Shown here in pieces: positions 55,390 through 64,000 of a stretch of 64,000 nucleotides of DNA; positions within the stretch are counted from its first letter, which is position 1; every line of letters starts with the position of its first letter. The notes beneath the pieces were generated by a model. That model worked only from the letters and a program-made list of their open reading frames with translations, did not search any database and was not told the origin of the DNA. Origin of the DNA: an uncultured Collinsella sp. (GTDB lineage: Bacteria > Actinomycetota > Coriobacteriia > Coriobacteriales > Coriobacteriaceae); contig CALEBN010000066.1 in NCBI GenBank assembly GCA_937943045.1, forward strand, positions 11,670-75,669, in the 5' to 3' direction. The position numbers were made by a program, and so were the translations under genes.

Positions 55390-57015
55390 CTACTCCTTAT
55401 CAAACGAAACGTCGGCGGCGGGAAGTTCAATCGTAAAGACTGAGCCGTGCGGATCCGCCGCGGCAACCTCTATGCTACCGCCATGTGCCAGCGCAATGGA
55501 GCGGCAGAGCGAAAGACCCAGGCCCACGCTGCGATGGCTGTCGGCAAGACCGTGGTTGGCGGTGTAGAACGACTCAAAGACCCGCTCGCGATCTTCGGGT
55601 GCGATGCCCGGACCATCATCGGCCACCGAGCACGCCACGCGTCCATCGTCGACGCTAATCGAAATCATGATATGCGAGCCTGCGGGCGTATAGGTGATGG
55701 CGTTGTTCACCAGATTGACCACCAGCTGCACCATCAGGCGCGCGTCGACGTTGACGAGCGCCGGCTCATCGCACGCCACCACCTTTAGGTCGTGCTCGCG
55801 CACGGCCGGATTTACGTGGCGCAGTGCTTCCTCGACGATATCATCCATGAGCTCGAGCGTAGTCGACAGATGCATGCCGCCACCCTCGAGCTTGGTGATG
55901 GCGAGCAGGTTCTCGACGGTAGCGTTGAGCCATTGCGCATCCGAGCGAATGGACAGGAGCAGGCCGCGGCGCGTCTGGGCATCGAGCACGGCCGTGCCAG
56001 TCGAGCCTTGGTCGAGCAGCACGTCGGCATTGCCCGAAATACTGGTGAGCGGCGTGCGCAGATCGTGCGAGATGGAGCGCAGCAGGTTGGCGCGCAGCTG
56101 CTCGTTTTTGGCAAGCACCGCCGCTTCTTCGCGGGCCTCCATGGCGCGGGCGCGATCGAGCGCCAGCTCGCCTTCGCTCACGATGGCATCGGCAAGCGCC
56201 CGTTCCTCGTGCGTCAGCACGTCGGGCTCGGCAACGATAGCCAGCACGCCCACCACCGAGGCGGGGTCGCCCGAGCGCACGAAGCCGTCGCCCGTGCGAA
56301 CCGTCAGGTAGATGCCATAAAACGCCGAGCCGCCATAGGTGGCATCGAGCGGCGTTCCCACATAGGCGGACGCCGAGAGCCGCGGCGGCATCTGCGGCGC
56401 CAGTTCGTGCACCGGCGCGGCATCGCCCACGGCCGTGTATGTCGCACGCGGCAGCAGGTCATCATCGTCGGCGTCGGCGCTGTACCACACGACCGGACAG
56501 CCCGAAAGACGCGCCAGCTGCGTTGCCATGGCATGGATAATTTGCTGCTGATCGGCACACCGCTGCAGCATGCGGTTGGTCTCGAGCACCATATGCGTGC
56601 GGCGGTCGCTAGCGGCAGCCTGTGCTAAAGCGCGGCGCAGGGCCAACGCAATCGAGCTCGACACAAGCGAGACCACGAACATGATGAAGAACATGCCGGG
56701 ATAGACGCGGTCGATAAGCGACAGCGAGTAGCGCGGGTCGACAAACAAGAAGTTGTAGAGCGCCACGGCGGCAGCCGAGCTCAGCAAGCAATACAGGCGA
56801 CTCCAGGTAAAGAATGCGCACAGCTGCACGGCGAACACATAGACGATCATGATGCTCGGCGCGAGACCCGGATGGTCGAGCAGCGCGCCCACAATCGTCG
56901 CTGCGACCAGTAGCCCCGCCGATACGCAGGCGTCATACAGAGGAGTGCGGCGCGTCAGCGTTGTGCGCCGCCACCAAAAGCTATCGGCAATATCGCCGTC
57001 CGTACGGACGTCCAT
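55390..57015 (-). CDS. sensor histidine kinase resembling the C-terminal half of KdpD (TM bundle, GAF-like, HisKA, HATPase); the N-terminal KdpD/Usp domains are absent
   Basis: 541 aa. 4 TM helices at the N-terminus, H-box SISHDLRTPLTSI, N/G boxes (NLVNNAITYT, DDGPGI, GLGLSLC). Confidence 0.8.
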   Translation of the reverse strand: MDVRTDGDIADSFWWRRTTLTRRTPLYDACVSAGLLVAATIVGALLDHPGLAPSIMIVYVFAVQLCAFFTWSRLYCLLSSAAAVALYNFLFVDPRYSLSLIDRVYPGMFFIMFVVSLVSSSIALALRRALAQAAASDRRTHMVLETNRMLQRCADQQQIIHAMATQLARLSGCPVVWYSADADDDDLLPRATYTAVGDAAPVHELAPQMPPRLSASAYVGTPLDATYGGSAFYGIYLTVRTGDGFVRSGDPASVVGVLAIVAEPDVLTHEERALADAIVSEGELALDRARAMEAREEAAVLAKNEQLRANLLRSISHDLRTPLTSISGNADVLLDQGSTGTAVLDAQTRRGLLLSIRSDAQWLNATVENLLAITKLEGGGMHLSTTLELMDDIVEEALRHVNPAVREHDLKVVACDEPALVNVDARLMVQLVVNLVNNAITYTPAGSHIMISISVDDGRVACSVADDGPGIAPEDRERVFESFYTANHGLADSHRSVGLGLSLCRSIALAHGGSIEVAAADPHGSVFTIELPAADVSFDKE

Positions 57016-57035
57016 CAGCGCCCCGCCCCTCTCTC

Positions 57036-57079
57036 AAAAACAAAAACCACCACAAAGGGACAGGCACCTTTGTGGTGGT
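57036..57079 (-). terminator. intrinsic terminator/attenuator between the small membrane gene and the kinase gene
   Basis: Reverse strand: ACCACCACAAAGG-N8-CCTTTGTGGTGGT followed by TTTTTGTTTTTG. Confidence 0.7.
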
Positions 57080-57128
57080 CTTCCCTCGTGGTGGTTCTAA
57101 GTGTAAAGCCTTCTACGACCGGCAGCCG

Positions 57129-57323
57129 CTAGACAAACAGCACGTGCGCGAGCAGGGCACACACGCACACCACTCCAAATACCAGCGCCACGACCGAAAT
57201 CACACGATCGGCCATGTCCATGTTGGCCCGATTCGTAAAGAACCGATCTTCGGCTGCGTCGACACGCGCCTCACGCATCATTTCGACCACCGCCTCACGG
57301 CCATCGAGCGCCTTTGTATCCAT
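57129..57323 (-). CDS. small tail-anchored membrane protein
   Basis: 64 aa from the ATG at 57323 (strong GGGAGG SD). C-terminal TM helix VISVVALVFGVVCVCALLAHVLFV. Confidence 0.5.
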   Translation of the reverse strand: MDTKALDGREAVVEMMREARVDAAEDRFFTNRANMDMADRVISVVALVFGVVCVCALLAHVLFV

Positions 57324-57382
57324 GTTTACCTCCCCGGCCTCATGCTTATCCATCAAAACCAACTCCGTGTAGCCGCCGACGT

Positions 57383-59410
57383 CTACGGCCGCTCGTTGGG
57401 AGCCAGACGTTGCATCTTGTTCACGGCCTTGAACTTGGTGAACAGCGGCACGTACTCAAAGCTCACGTTGGAGTTCTCCAGGCCATACCAGCGCGCGGGT
57501 GTGCCGGCGGCGCGGCGGATGATGTACTTGAGCGTGATGGCCGTACGCTCGCTCGGCTCCACATCGCTTTCGGGCGCCAGAAGCTTACGGATCAGGACGA
57601 ACTTGAACGTGCCGATGTTACCCGGATCCTTGTAGACCGAGTAGTCATGCGTCTGTGGCGGCAGCTCGCCGGTGGCAGCCAGGTCCTGAACAACCTGACG
57701 CAGGTAGGCATTGACGCGCTGGTTGATCTTGTAGCCCAGGTACAGATGCACGCGGAACACGTAGTCGGTGCCGAACGTCTCGACCGAATAGGCAAAGGTG
57801 TGCGGTTCGTCCATGGTCTCGACATTCACAAACCACCAGGCGCGGGCGCGCTTGGGATGCTTGTCCAAGATCGAATAGACGATATCGCGGTCGATGTAGT
57901 CGGTATGGGTGTCCTTGGTCAGGTACACGATGTTGTCGCTTATGCGCTCGTAACGGTCGTCGTCGCGCAGGCGCTTGAGCTGCGGCAGGTAGCTGCGCAG
58001 CGGCAGCAGCGTAAACTGGCGCTGCTCGACCGCCGTGCCGTTGTACCAGCACACCATAATGCCCATGATGAGTGCAGCCATCAGAATGGTGAAATAGCCG
58101 CCGTGGAAGAACTTGGTGAGCGAGCTCACAAAGAAAAAGCCCTCGAGCAAAAGGAAGAAGGCCGCGAAGATCCACGGAGCAACCTTGAGCTTGCGCTCCT
58201 CGTGCAGGTAGAAGAAGAGCAGAAGCGTGGTGCACATCATAGTCAGCGTAATGGCAAGGCCGTACGCGGCTTCCATATGCGCCGAGTTCTGGAACAGCAG
58301 CACCACGATGACGCAGCCGACAAGCATGACGTTGTTGACCATGGGAATATAAAGCTGGCCCTTGGTCTCGGCAGGGTAGAAGACCTGCATGTGCGGCATG
58401 AGGTCCAGACGGCTGGCCTCGGACACCAGCGAGAATGCGCCGGTGATGAGCGCCTGCGAGGCAATGATGGCCGCGACGGTGGAAAGGCCGACGGCAAACG
58501 GGCGCAGGCCCGGGGCGAGCATCTGGTAGAACGGGTTGAGGTCGGCAATGCCCATGAGCTCGGGGTTGGCAGCGTTGTTCATAAGCCAAGCGCCCTGGCC
58601 CATATAGGAAAGCAGCAGGCAGCACTTAACGAACGGCCAGGTAGCGTAGATGTTGCCGCGGCCGACGTGGCCCATGTCGGAGTAGAGCGCCTCGGCACCG
58701 GTGGTGGCGAGGAAGCAACTGCCCAGAATCATGATGCCCGCGTGGTTGTTGGGGCTCAGCAAAAAGGCGATGCCGCGCACCGGGTTGAGGCACAGCAGCA
58801 CGGCGGGGTGCTGGAAGACAAAGAACAGACCCGTGCCGCCCAGGAACAGGAACCACAGCGTCATGATGGGGCCAAAGGCGTGACCGATCTTGGCCGTACC
58901 GATGCGCTGTACCAGGAAGAGCACGATGATGATGGCGAGCGTAATGGCGACGACGCGGCCCTGGTCATCGCCCAGCACGGCATGGACCGCCGGGATGGTG
59001 CGCAGGCCCTCGATGGCCGTGGTAACGGTAACGGCCGGCGTCAGGATGCCATCGGCGAGCAGCGCGGCGCCGCCCAGCATGGCGGGGATGATGAGCCACT
59101 TGCCACAACGCTTGACCAGGCTGTACAGGGCAAAGATGCCGCCCTCGCCGTGGTTGTCGGCACGCAGCGAGATCAGCACGTACTTGATGGTGGTCAGCAG
59201 CGTGACCGTCCACACGACAAGGGAGAGCGCGCCAAGCACGAACTCCTCCGTCACGCTTCCGATGCCGCCGTTGCCGGCAACGAGCGCCTTGGTTACATAC
59301 ATAGGACTGGTGCCGATATCGCCGTACACCACGCCCAGCGTGACGAGCATCGCCGAGATGCTCACAGGAATCGCAGCGTGCGAGGCTGCCTCCTTGGCCT
59401 TTTGTTCCAT
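57383..59410 (-). CDS. kup: KUP/HAK/KT family potassium transporter
   Basis: LGVVYGDIGTSPMY signature, 12 TM helices plus a cytosolic C-terminal domain. ATG at 59410 preceded by GGAGGA. Confidence 0.93.
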   Translation of the reverse strand: MEQKAKEAASHAAIPVSISAMLVTLGVVYGDIGTSPMYVTKALVAGNGGIGSVTEEFVLGALSLVVWTVTLLTTIKYVLISLRADNHGEGGIFALYSLVKRCGKWLIIPAMLGGAALLADGILTPAVTVTTAIEGLRTIPAVHAVLGDDQGRVVAITLAIIIVLFLVQRIGTAKIGHAFGPIMTLWFLFLGGTGLFFVFQHPAVLLCLNPVRGIAFLLSPNNHAGIMILGSCFLATTGAEALYSDMGHVGRGNIYATWPFVKCCLLLSYMGQGAWLMNNAANPELMGIADLNPFYQMLAPGLRPFAVGLSTVAAIIASQALITGAFSLVSEASRLDLMPHMQVFYPAETKGQLYIPMVNNVMLVGCVIVVLLFQNSAHMEAAYGLAITLTMMCTTLLLFFYLHEERKLKVAPWIFAAFFLLLEGFFFVSSLTKFFHGGYFTILMAALIMGIMVCWYNGTAVEQRQFTLLPLRSYLPQLKRLRDDDRYERISDNIVYLTKDTHTDYIDRDIVYSILDKHPKRARAWWFVNVETMDEPHTFAYSVETFGTDYVFRVHLYLGYKINQRVNAYLRQVVQDLAATGELPPQTHDYSVYKDPGNIGTFKFVLIRKLLAPESDVEPSERTAITLKYIIRRAAGTPARWYGLENSNVSFEYVPLFTKFKAVNKMQRLAPNERP

Positions 59411-59533
59411 AAGCCGGTTTCCTCCCAACTTTAATGTTCGAAGGAATTATAGGTAATCGGCCCATGTTTGAATGGCACCGTTTTCCCAGCTAGATAAACA
59501 TTTATACGGCCTTTAGGCCACCGCCGCGATATG

Positions 59534-59568
59534 GAATGTGACAAAGGGATTGTCCCTTTGTCACATTC
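59534..59568. repeat. GACAAAGGG palindromic hairpin, copy C
   Basis: GAATGTGACAAAGGGA-TTG-TCCCTTTGTCACATTC, 16-bp perfect arms, abutting the nitroreductase stop codon. Confidence 0.85.
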
Positions 59569-59569
59569 G

Positions 59570-60418
59570 TCATTTTCCAAGCCAGTTTTTGAACCACCAT
59601 TCCATGGATCGGCTCATCTCGGCCATAAAGGGACTCGTGTGCTTGCGGGTATAGATGTCCACGACGCGCTCCCCCACCTCGCGGGCATGCGGGCGAAACA
59701 TCGCATCCATCTCGGCCACCTGCGCGTCCATGGTCGCGGCATCCGCACGGCAGTAGCGTTCCTCGTGTACCAGGTTTACCACGGGGTGCGCGATTGCCGG
59801 GCGTTCCTTACGGGGCGTGCCGATGATGAGCATCGACAGCGGCATGGTATAGGGCGGCAGATCGAGCAGCTCGGCAACTTCCTCGGCATTCTCGACGATA
59901 TCACCGATGTAGCAGCTCCCCAGCCCCAGGGCCTCGGCGGCAACCACGGCGTTTTGCGCGGCAATCACGGCGTCCTGGGCCGCGATGGCAAAGTCGCCCA
60001 AACCCGGCGCGCGGCGGGGTGCCTTGCCCGTGCGCTCGACAAACTCAGGCTCAAAGCAGCCCACGTGCTCAAACAGATCGATCCACTTGGCATAATCGAC
60101 CACAAATATTAGTGCCCAGGGCGCCTTGGCGATCATGGGCTGGTGGTCGCACAGGTCGGCCAGGCGGTCGAGCGTAGCCTGCTCGCGGATGCTCACGATG
60201 GAATACATCATCATGGCACCCGCCGACGGCGCACGGCTCGCCGCGTGCAGAATCGCCGCCCGCTGCTCGTCGGTCACCGCCACGGGACGGTCGTCGTCAT
60301 CACGCGCGAAGGCACGCGTGGAGGAACGGTGCTCCAACGTGTCCAGCACCGCGTTGCCCGTGGTCTCGACCGGATAGCCGTACGTATCCACAGCCTTGGT
60401 GCAAACCTGCTCGCTCAT
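59570..60418 (-). CDS. nitroreductase family protein
   Basis: LEHRSSTRAF and ASRAPSAG motifs, 282 aa. Confidence 0.8.
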   Translation of the reverse strand: MSEQVCTKAVDTYGYPVETTGNAVLDTLEHRSSTRAFARDDDDRPVAVTDEQRAAILHAASRAPSAGAMMMYSIVSIREQATLDRLADLCDHQPMIAKAPWALIFVVDYAKWIDLFEHVGCFEPEFVERTGKAPRRAPGLGDFAIAAQDAVIAAQNAVVAAEALGLGSCYIGDIVENAEEVAELLDLPPYTMPLSMLIIGTPRKERPAIAHPVVNLVHEERYCRADAATMDAQVAEMDAMFRPHAREVGERVVDIYTRKHTSPFMAEMSRSMEWWFKNWLGK

Positions 60419-60630
60419 AGCCCCATCCCTGCCATTTCTTTAAGAAGCCTTTACGTTTCCGTGTAATTCCCGTCCATTATCGCGCAGGTCGCCACTACAT
60501 TGCGCCACACCGCCACACGCGCGTTAATATGGCTGGTTGTTGTGCGCAGTCACCAATTGCAGCGCATATCTTGGTAACAATCGGGTAAACCCCCGCTTTC
60601 GTAGGTTTTAAGTTTGTGAGGAGTCTCAGC

Positions 60631-62931
60631 ATGTTCGCTGCCGCCATCTCGCTCGTCGGTCTTGCGGCGACCGTCTACCTTGTCTTGCGCGAGGCCAAGG
60701 CCATTCGCGCTCAGTCGGGCACCGTTACCAAAAGCGCTCTTGGGTGGAGCGTCGCCTTCGGTCTGTTCCAGCTCTTTTTGACCATTTGGGGCGCCATTGG
60801 CCTCGTCGCCCAAAACGAGCCGCTCGCCTTTGTGATGCTCATTCTGACCAACGCCATCCTCACCGGATGCGCTTGGGCCAGCATCGCCCGCGACCGCATC
60901 GCCCCGCGCGTCTTTGCGTTCGCTGCTACCGATGCCCCCGCCCCCACCGGCAAGCTTGCCCGCCTGCGCGGCGCCTTCGTGGGCAAACCGCTCGTCGCGG
61001 CCGTCCTGTGCTTGCTGCTCGCCGGCGTCTTTGCGCTGCTGGGCATGGAGGTCTCGTCCAACCACGACTTTACCTGGGTCTACCCCCTGTGCATCCTGCT
61101 TGAGTGGGCCATCATCACCGCGCTCATGAGCGGCCTGTTCTTCCTGTTCCAGCGCCACGGTGCAGCTCCCGCGGTCCTGGCCTTTGCCCTCTTTGTCCTG
61201 GGCGTTGCCGAGTTCTTCGTCATTACGTTTAAATCCATGCCCATCCAGCCGGGCGACCTTTCGGCCATTTCCACCGCCGCCGCGGTCGCCGGCAACGGCT
61301 ACACCTTCTCGATCTCGCTGTTCTGCGTGCTGTCCATGGGCTTTACCGCCATCTCGATGCTGCTGTGCGAGTACGCTGGCATCGTGGCGCCGCATCGCCA
61401 GAAGGGCGCCGTCAATGCCAAGCGCATGCTGCTCACCAACCTGCTTGTCGCCGTGCTGTGTCTGGGCGGCGTGACCGCGCACGTCACGCTTATCGACTAC
61501 TACAACACCCTCGGCATCACCGTCTACACCTGGCGCCCGCTCGAGAGCTACTGGCGCGAGGGCTACATGCCCGCTTTCATTAGCGCAGCGCAGTCCATCA
61601 AGCCGCCCAAGCCCGCCGATTACTCCGTCGACGATGCCAAGGCCACGCTCAAAAAGTACGCCAAGGCCTACGACAAGTCCGACGCGGCCAAGAGCGACGA
61701 GCGCGCCGCCGCAAAGGACCAATTCGACAGCGAGAAGCCCACGGTCATCGGCATCATGAACGAGACGTTCTCGGATCTGTCGATCTACCAGAACATGCGC
61801 GCCGGCTACGAGGGCCCGCAGTATTTTAAGAGCCTGTCCAACTGCCTCAGCCGCGGCAAGCTCTACGTGAGCGCCTACGGCGGCGGCACCGCCAATACCG
61901 AGTTTGAGTTTATGACCGGCAACTCCATGGCAAGCCTTGGCTCGGGCGTGTACCCCTACACCATCTACAACATGGAAACGACCGGGAATCTGGCAGAGCA
62001 GTTCAAGTCGCTCGGATATTCCACCACGGCCATGCACCCCAACCACGCAACCAACTGGAACCGCGATAACGTCTACAAGGACTTTGGCTTTGACCAGTTC
62101 CTGTCCATCAACGACTTCCAGGGAGCCGACACCCTGCGCGGCATGGTGACCGACCAGGCTACCTACGACAAGATTCTTGAGCTGCTCGACCAGAACGCCG
62201 ATCCGCAGTTTATCTTCGACGTGACCATGCAGAACCACTCGGGCTACGATACGGGTCTGCTGCCGGCCGACAAGCAGATGCACCTGAACATCGACACGAC
62301 CGACCTGGACGCCAAGACCATCGAGGACGGCACGCTCTCCGATGTCGACGAGTACGTCTCGTGCATTGAGCAGTCCGACCAGGCGCTGCGTTACTTCCTC
62401 AACGCCCTGAACAAACTCGACCGCAAGGTGGTCGTGGTGTTCTGGGGCGACCACCAGCCGTTCTTCCCGTCCAAGTTCAACGATAAGTGGTTTACCGGCG
62501 AAGACGATGCCACGCACCAGGAACGTCTGTGGCAGACCGACTACATCATCTGGGCCAACTACGACGTTGCCGGCTGCGACCAGACGAGTGAGGTCGACGA
62601 CCTGTCCACCAACTACCTGTCCACGCAGCTCATGCAGCTGATTGGCGCCCCGCTGACTGACTACCAGAAAGCGCACATGACGCTGCGCGAGTCGCTGCCC
62701 GCCATCAACTCGGTGGGCTACGAGGACTCCAGCCTGCGCTGGGCGCTCTCCTCCAACGTCACCGGTGACGACGCCGCCGCAGCAGCCGCCACCAAGGCAC
62801 GCGAGGATTACGCCAAGATGCAATACTACGAGATGTTCCGCGACGGCAAGAACGTGTACACCGAGCACTTCCAGACCGAGGCCAACGAGACCGACCCCAA
62901 CCTGGCGCCGGGTACGACCAAGATTAAGTAG
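60631..62931 (+). CDS. LTA synthase / sulfatase-family membrane enzyme (LtaS-like)
   Basis: N-terminal multi-TM region, then an extracellular alkaline-phosphatase-like domain (MNETFSDL, GGTANTEFEFMTGNS, WGDHQP). ATG at 60631 after GAGGAG. Confidence 0.85.
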   Translation: MFAAAISLVGLAATVYLVLREAKAIRAQSGTVTKSALGWSVAFGLFQLFLTIWGAIGLVAQNEPLAFVMLILTNAILTGCAWASIARDRIAPRVFAFAATDAPAPTGKLARLRGAFVGKPLVAAVLCLLLAGVFALLGMEVSSNHDFTWVYPLCILLEWAIITALMSGLFFLFQRHGAAPAVLAFALFVLGVAEFFVITFKSMPIQPGDLSAISTAAAVAGNGYTFSISLFCVLSMGFTAISMLLCEYAGIVAPHRQKGAVNAKRMLLTNLLVAVLCLGGVTAHVTLIDYYNTLGITVYTWRPLESYWREGYMPAFISAAQSIKPPKPADYSVDDAKATLKKYAKAYDKSDAAKSDERAAAKDQFDSEKPTVIGIMNETFSDLSIYQNMRAGYEGPQYFKSLSNCLSRGKLYVSAYGGGTANTEFEFMTGNSMASLGSGVYPYTIYNMETTGNLAEQFKSLGYSTTAMHPNHATNWNRDNVYKDFGFDQFLSINDFQGADTLRGMVTDQATYDKILELLDQNADPQFIFDVTMQNHSGYDTGLLPADKQMHLNIDTTDLDAKTIEDGTLSDVDEYVSCIEQSDQALRYFLNALNKLDRKVVVVFWGDHQPFFPSKFNDKWFTGEDDATHQERLWQTDYIIWANYDVAGCDQTSEVDDLSTNYLSTQLMQLIGAPLTDYQKAHMTLRESLPAINSVGYEDSSLRWALSSNVTGDDAAAAAATKAREDYAKMQYYEMFRDGKNVYTEHFQTEANETDPNLAPGTTKIK

Positions 62932-62958
62932 CTGCTAGCTGCTGAGCCACAACTGAAA

Positions 62959-63088
62959 CGTCTGTCCAGGCGGAGGCATATAAGGTTCCCTGCTCGGACA
63001 GTCCTGCGCAAGACGAAGGCCACATTAAGTGGCCTTCTTTGCGTGCGGAACTCGCGATGAACCTTATATGCCTCCGCCTGGACAGACG
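62959..63088. repeat. 30-bp perfect inverted repeats flanking a 70-bp segment that contains a terminator hairpin
   Basis: CGTCTGTCCAGGCGGAGGCATATAAGGTTC (62959-62988) is the exact reverse complement of 63059-63088. Confidence 0.85.
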
Positions 63089-63142
63089 CCCTGATGTTGG
63101 GGCGTGGCTTGTCTTGGGTGTATCGCCGAACATATATAAGTT

Positions 63143-63172
63143 GAAGGCCACGTTATGTGGCCTTCTTTGTTT
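63143..63172 (+). terminator. intrinsic terminator (second copy of the GAAGGCCAC hairpin)
   Basis: GAAGGCCAC-GTTAT-GTGGCCTTC followed by TTTGTTTG. A near-identical copy at 63015-63044 lies inside the inverted-repeat element. Confidence 0.65.
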
Positions 63173-63305
63173 GCGGAAAGTGTGTCCCGGAATTCTTGTC
63201 TGGAATGGGATGGATTTTCCGGATGAGGGCTTGACGGAAAATGTGTCCCGTTCCGGGCGCTAATTGTGGGATGCAGTTTCCGCTTGCGGAGTCTCCACTC
63301 AACAG

Positions 63306-63345
63306 AAAACCCGGGTGGCCTGTTTTTTGGCTACCCGGGTTTTTG
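63306..63345. terminator. bidirectional intrinsic terminator after the wall-anchored protein gene
   Basis: AAAA-CCCGGGTGGCC-N8-GGCTACCCGGG-TTTTT. Confidence 0.7.
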
Positions 63346-63370
63346 GGTTGTCGATATGTTCGACTGGCTA

Positions 63371-64000
63371 CTAGTGGGTCTTGCGGCGCTTGATCAGCAT
63401 AATGAGGGCTATCACTACGAGCGTTGCTCCCGCTGCTGCTGCGGTGGCGACTAGGGCGAATGTTTGGTCGCCGGTGTTTGCGAGGTTCTTCGCTGTGGTC
63501 GTAGTCTTGACCTTGGTGTCGGCCTTAGCTCCGTTGTCGGACTTGGGCTTGTCCGGGTTCGTCGGGGTCTCAGGAGTCTCGGGATCCTTTGAGCCTTCGG
63601 AGTCGGTGGGGCCGGCAGTGTTTACCAGCGTATGGTCCAGGAACTTCTTGGCGCCCGCGCTTGCCTGCGAGAACAGGCGGCGTGTGCGGATCGGGGTGGC
63701 GTTCACCGTTGTGGGCGCCGTCTCCTTGGGCGCGATGTTCACCAGCGTGATGCCAGTGTCCAGGCCCACGTTGTTGTATCCCACGTGGCAGTAATACTGC
63801 GCACCGTCATCGTTTGTAGTCAGGTCAAGCTTAAGCGTTGAGGCCGTTCCGGCTGGGAGGTTGCCATCGGCGCCCACGCGCTGGAACGCGGTCTCGCCAC
63901 GGCCCTTGCGGTACCAGATATATGACGGCGCCAGCTCCGTTTCACTGCCGTCGGCATTGCGCTGCGTCACATGGCCAATCGCCAAGAGCGTCAGCTTGTC
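63371..64000 (-). CDS. cell-wall anchored surface protein, C-terminal part (5' end outside the window)
   Basis: The reading frame is open to the window edge. Ig-like segment (YYCHVGYNN), Pro/Thr/Lys linker, LANTG sorting-like motif, then a TM helix and KRRKTH. Confidence 0.75.
   Translation of the reverse strand, partial: DKLTLLAIGHVTQRNADGSETELAPSYIWYRKGRGETAFQRVGADGNLPAGTASTLKLDLTTNDDGAQYYCHVGYNNVGLDTGITLVNIAPKETAPTTVNATPIRTRRLFSQASAGAKKFLDHTLVNTAGPTDSEGSKDPETPETPTNPDKPKSDNGAKADTKVKTTTTAKNLANTGDQTFALVATAAAAGATLVVIALIMLIKRRKTH

Noticed and set aside
60550-62868. A 772-aa minus-strand ORF opposite the LtaS-family gene
   Set aside because: This is a shadow ORF. The plus-strand product has a recognisable sulfatase-type catalytic domain.
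62959-63088. The 30-bp inverted repeats, considered as a promoter-inversion phase switch
   Set aside because: The element lies between the 3' ends of two convergent genes, so it has no downstream gene to switch, and no recombinase gene is adjacent. It is kept only as a repeat observation.

Overview
This is a high-GC Gram-positive (actinobacterial) chromosomal segment. Gene content and synteny resemble Coriobacteriia such as Collinsella, but that is inference only, with no search run. Most of the window is housekeeping and transport genes:
- 1-9.6 kb: an F0F1 ATP synthase operon start (atpI-like, atpB, atpE, atpF, atpH), upp, glpK, tsaC-like, prmC and prfA, with a hicAB toxin-antitoxin pair inserted in this block.
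- 10.4-18.6 kb: an 8.2 kb LPXTG giant adhesin gene.
- 18.8-26.8 kb: M20 peptidase, an amino-acid ABC transporter, an aldose epimerase and an MFS transporter.
- 36.2-47.4 kb: LMW protein-tyrosine phosphatase, a TIGR04076-like gene with pdxK, a MarR regulator with a heterodimeric ABC exporter, and a LysR / SDR / MFS / Gfo-Idh-MocA locus.
- 47.8-64 kb: tex, transaldolase, a HAD hydrolase, an RlmKL-like methyltransferase, kup with a truncated kdpD and kdpE, a nitroreductase, an LtaS-family enzyme and the 3' end of a second wall-anchored protein.

The clear accessory region is a ~9.4 kb AT-rich integrative island at 26829-36213. It sits in the 5' end of the phosphatase gene and is bounded by 93-bp imperfect direct repeats, with a third partial att copy inside. 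It carries a tyrosine integrase, a serine recombinase and function-unknown zinc-ribbon, membrane, lipoprotein and coiled-coil genes.

The most unusual signals are non-coding:
- a three-copy, ~165-225 nt long-hairpin element whose stems change in a compensatory way between copies;
- a second ~135-155 nt element family with a conserved core, AAAACCGCAGGTAGAC, that is identical to the last codons and stop codon of the island integrase, closed by inverted repeats that differ between copies;
- a family of near-identical GACAAAGGG...CCCTTTGTC hairpins;
- a nested A-B-A'-B' 19-bp repeat block between convergent genes.

All functional names come from reading the translated ORFs. No database search was run.
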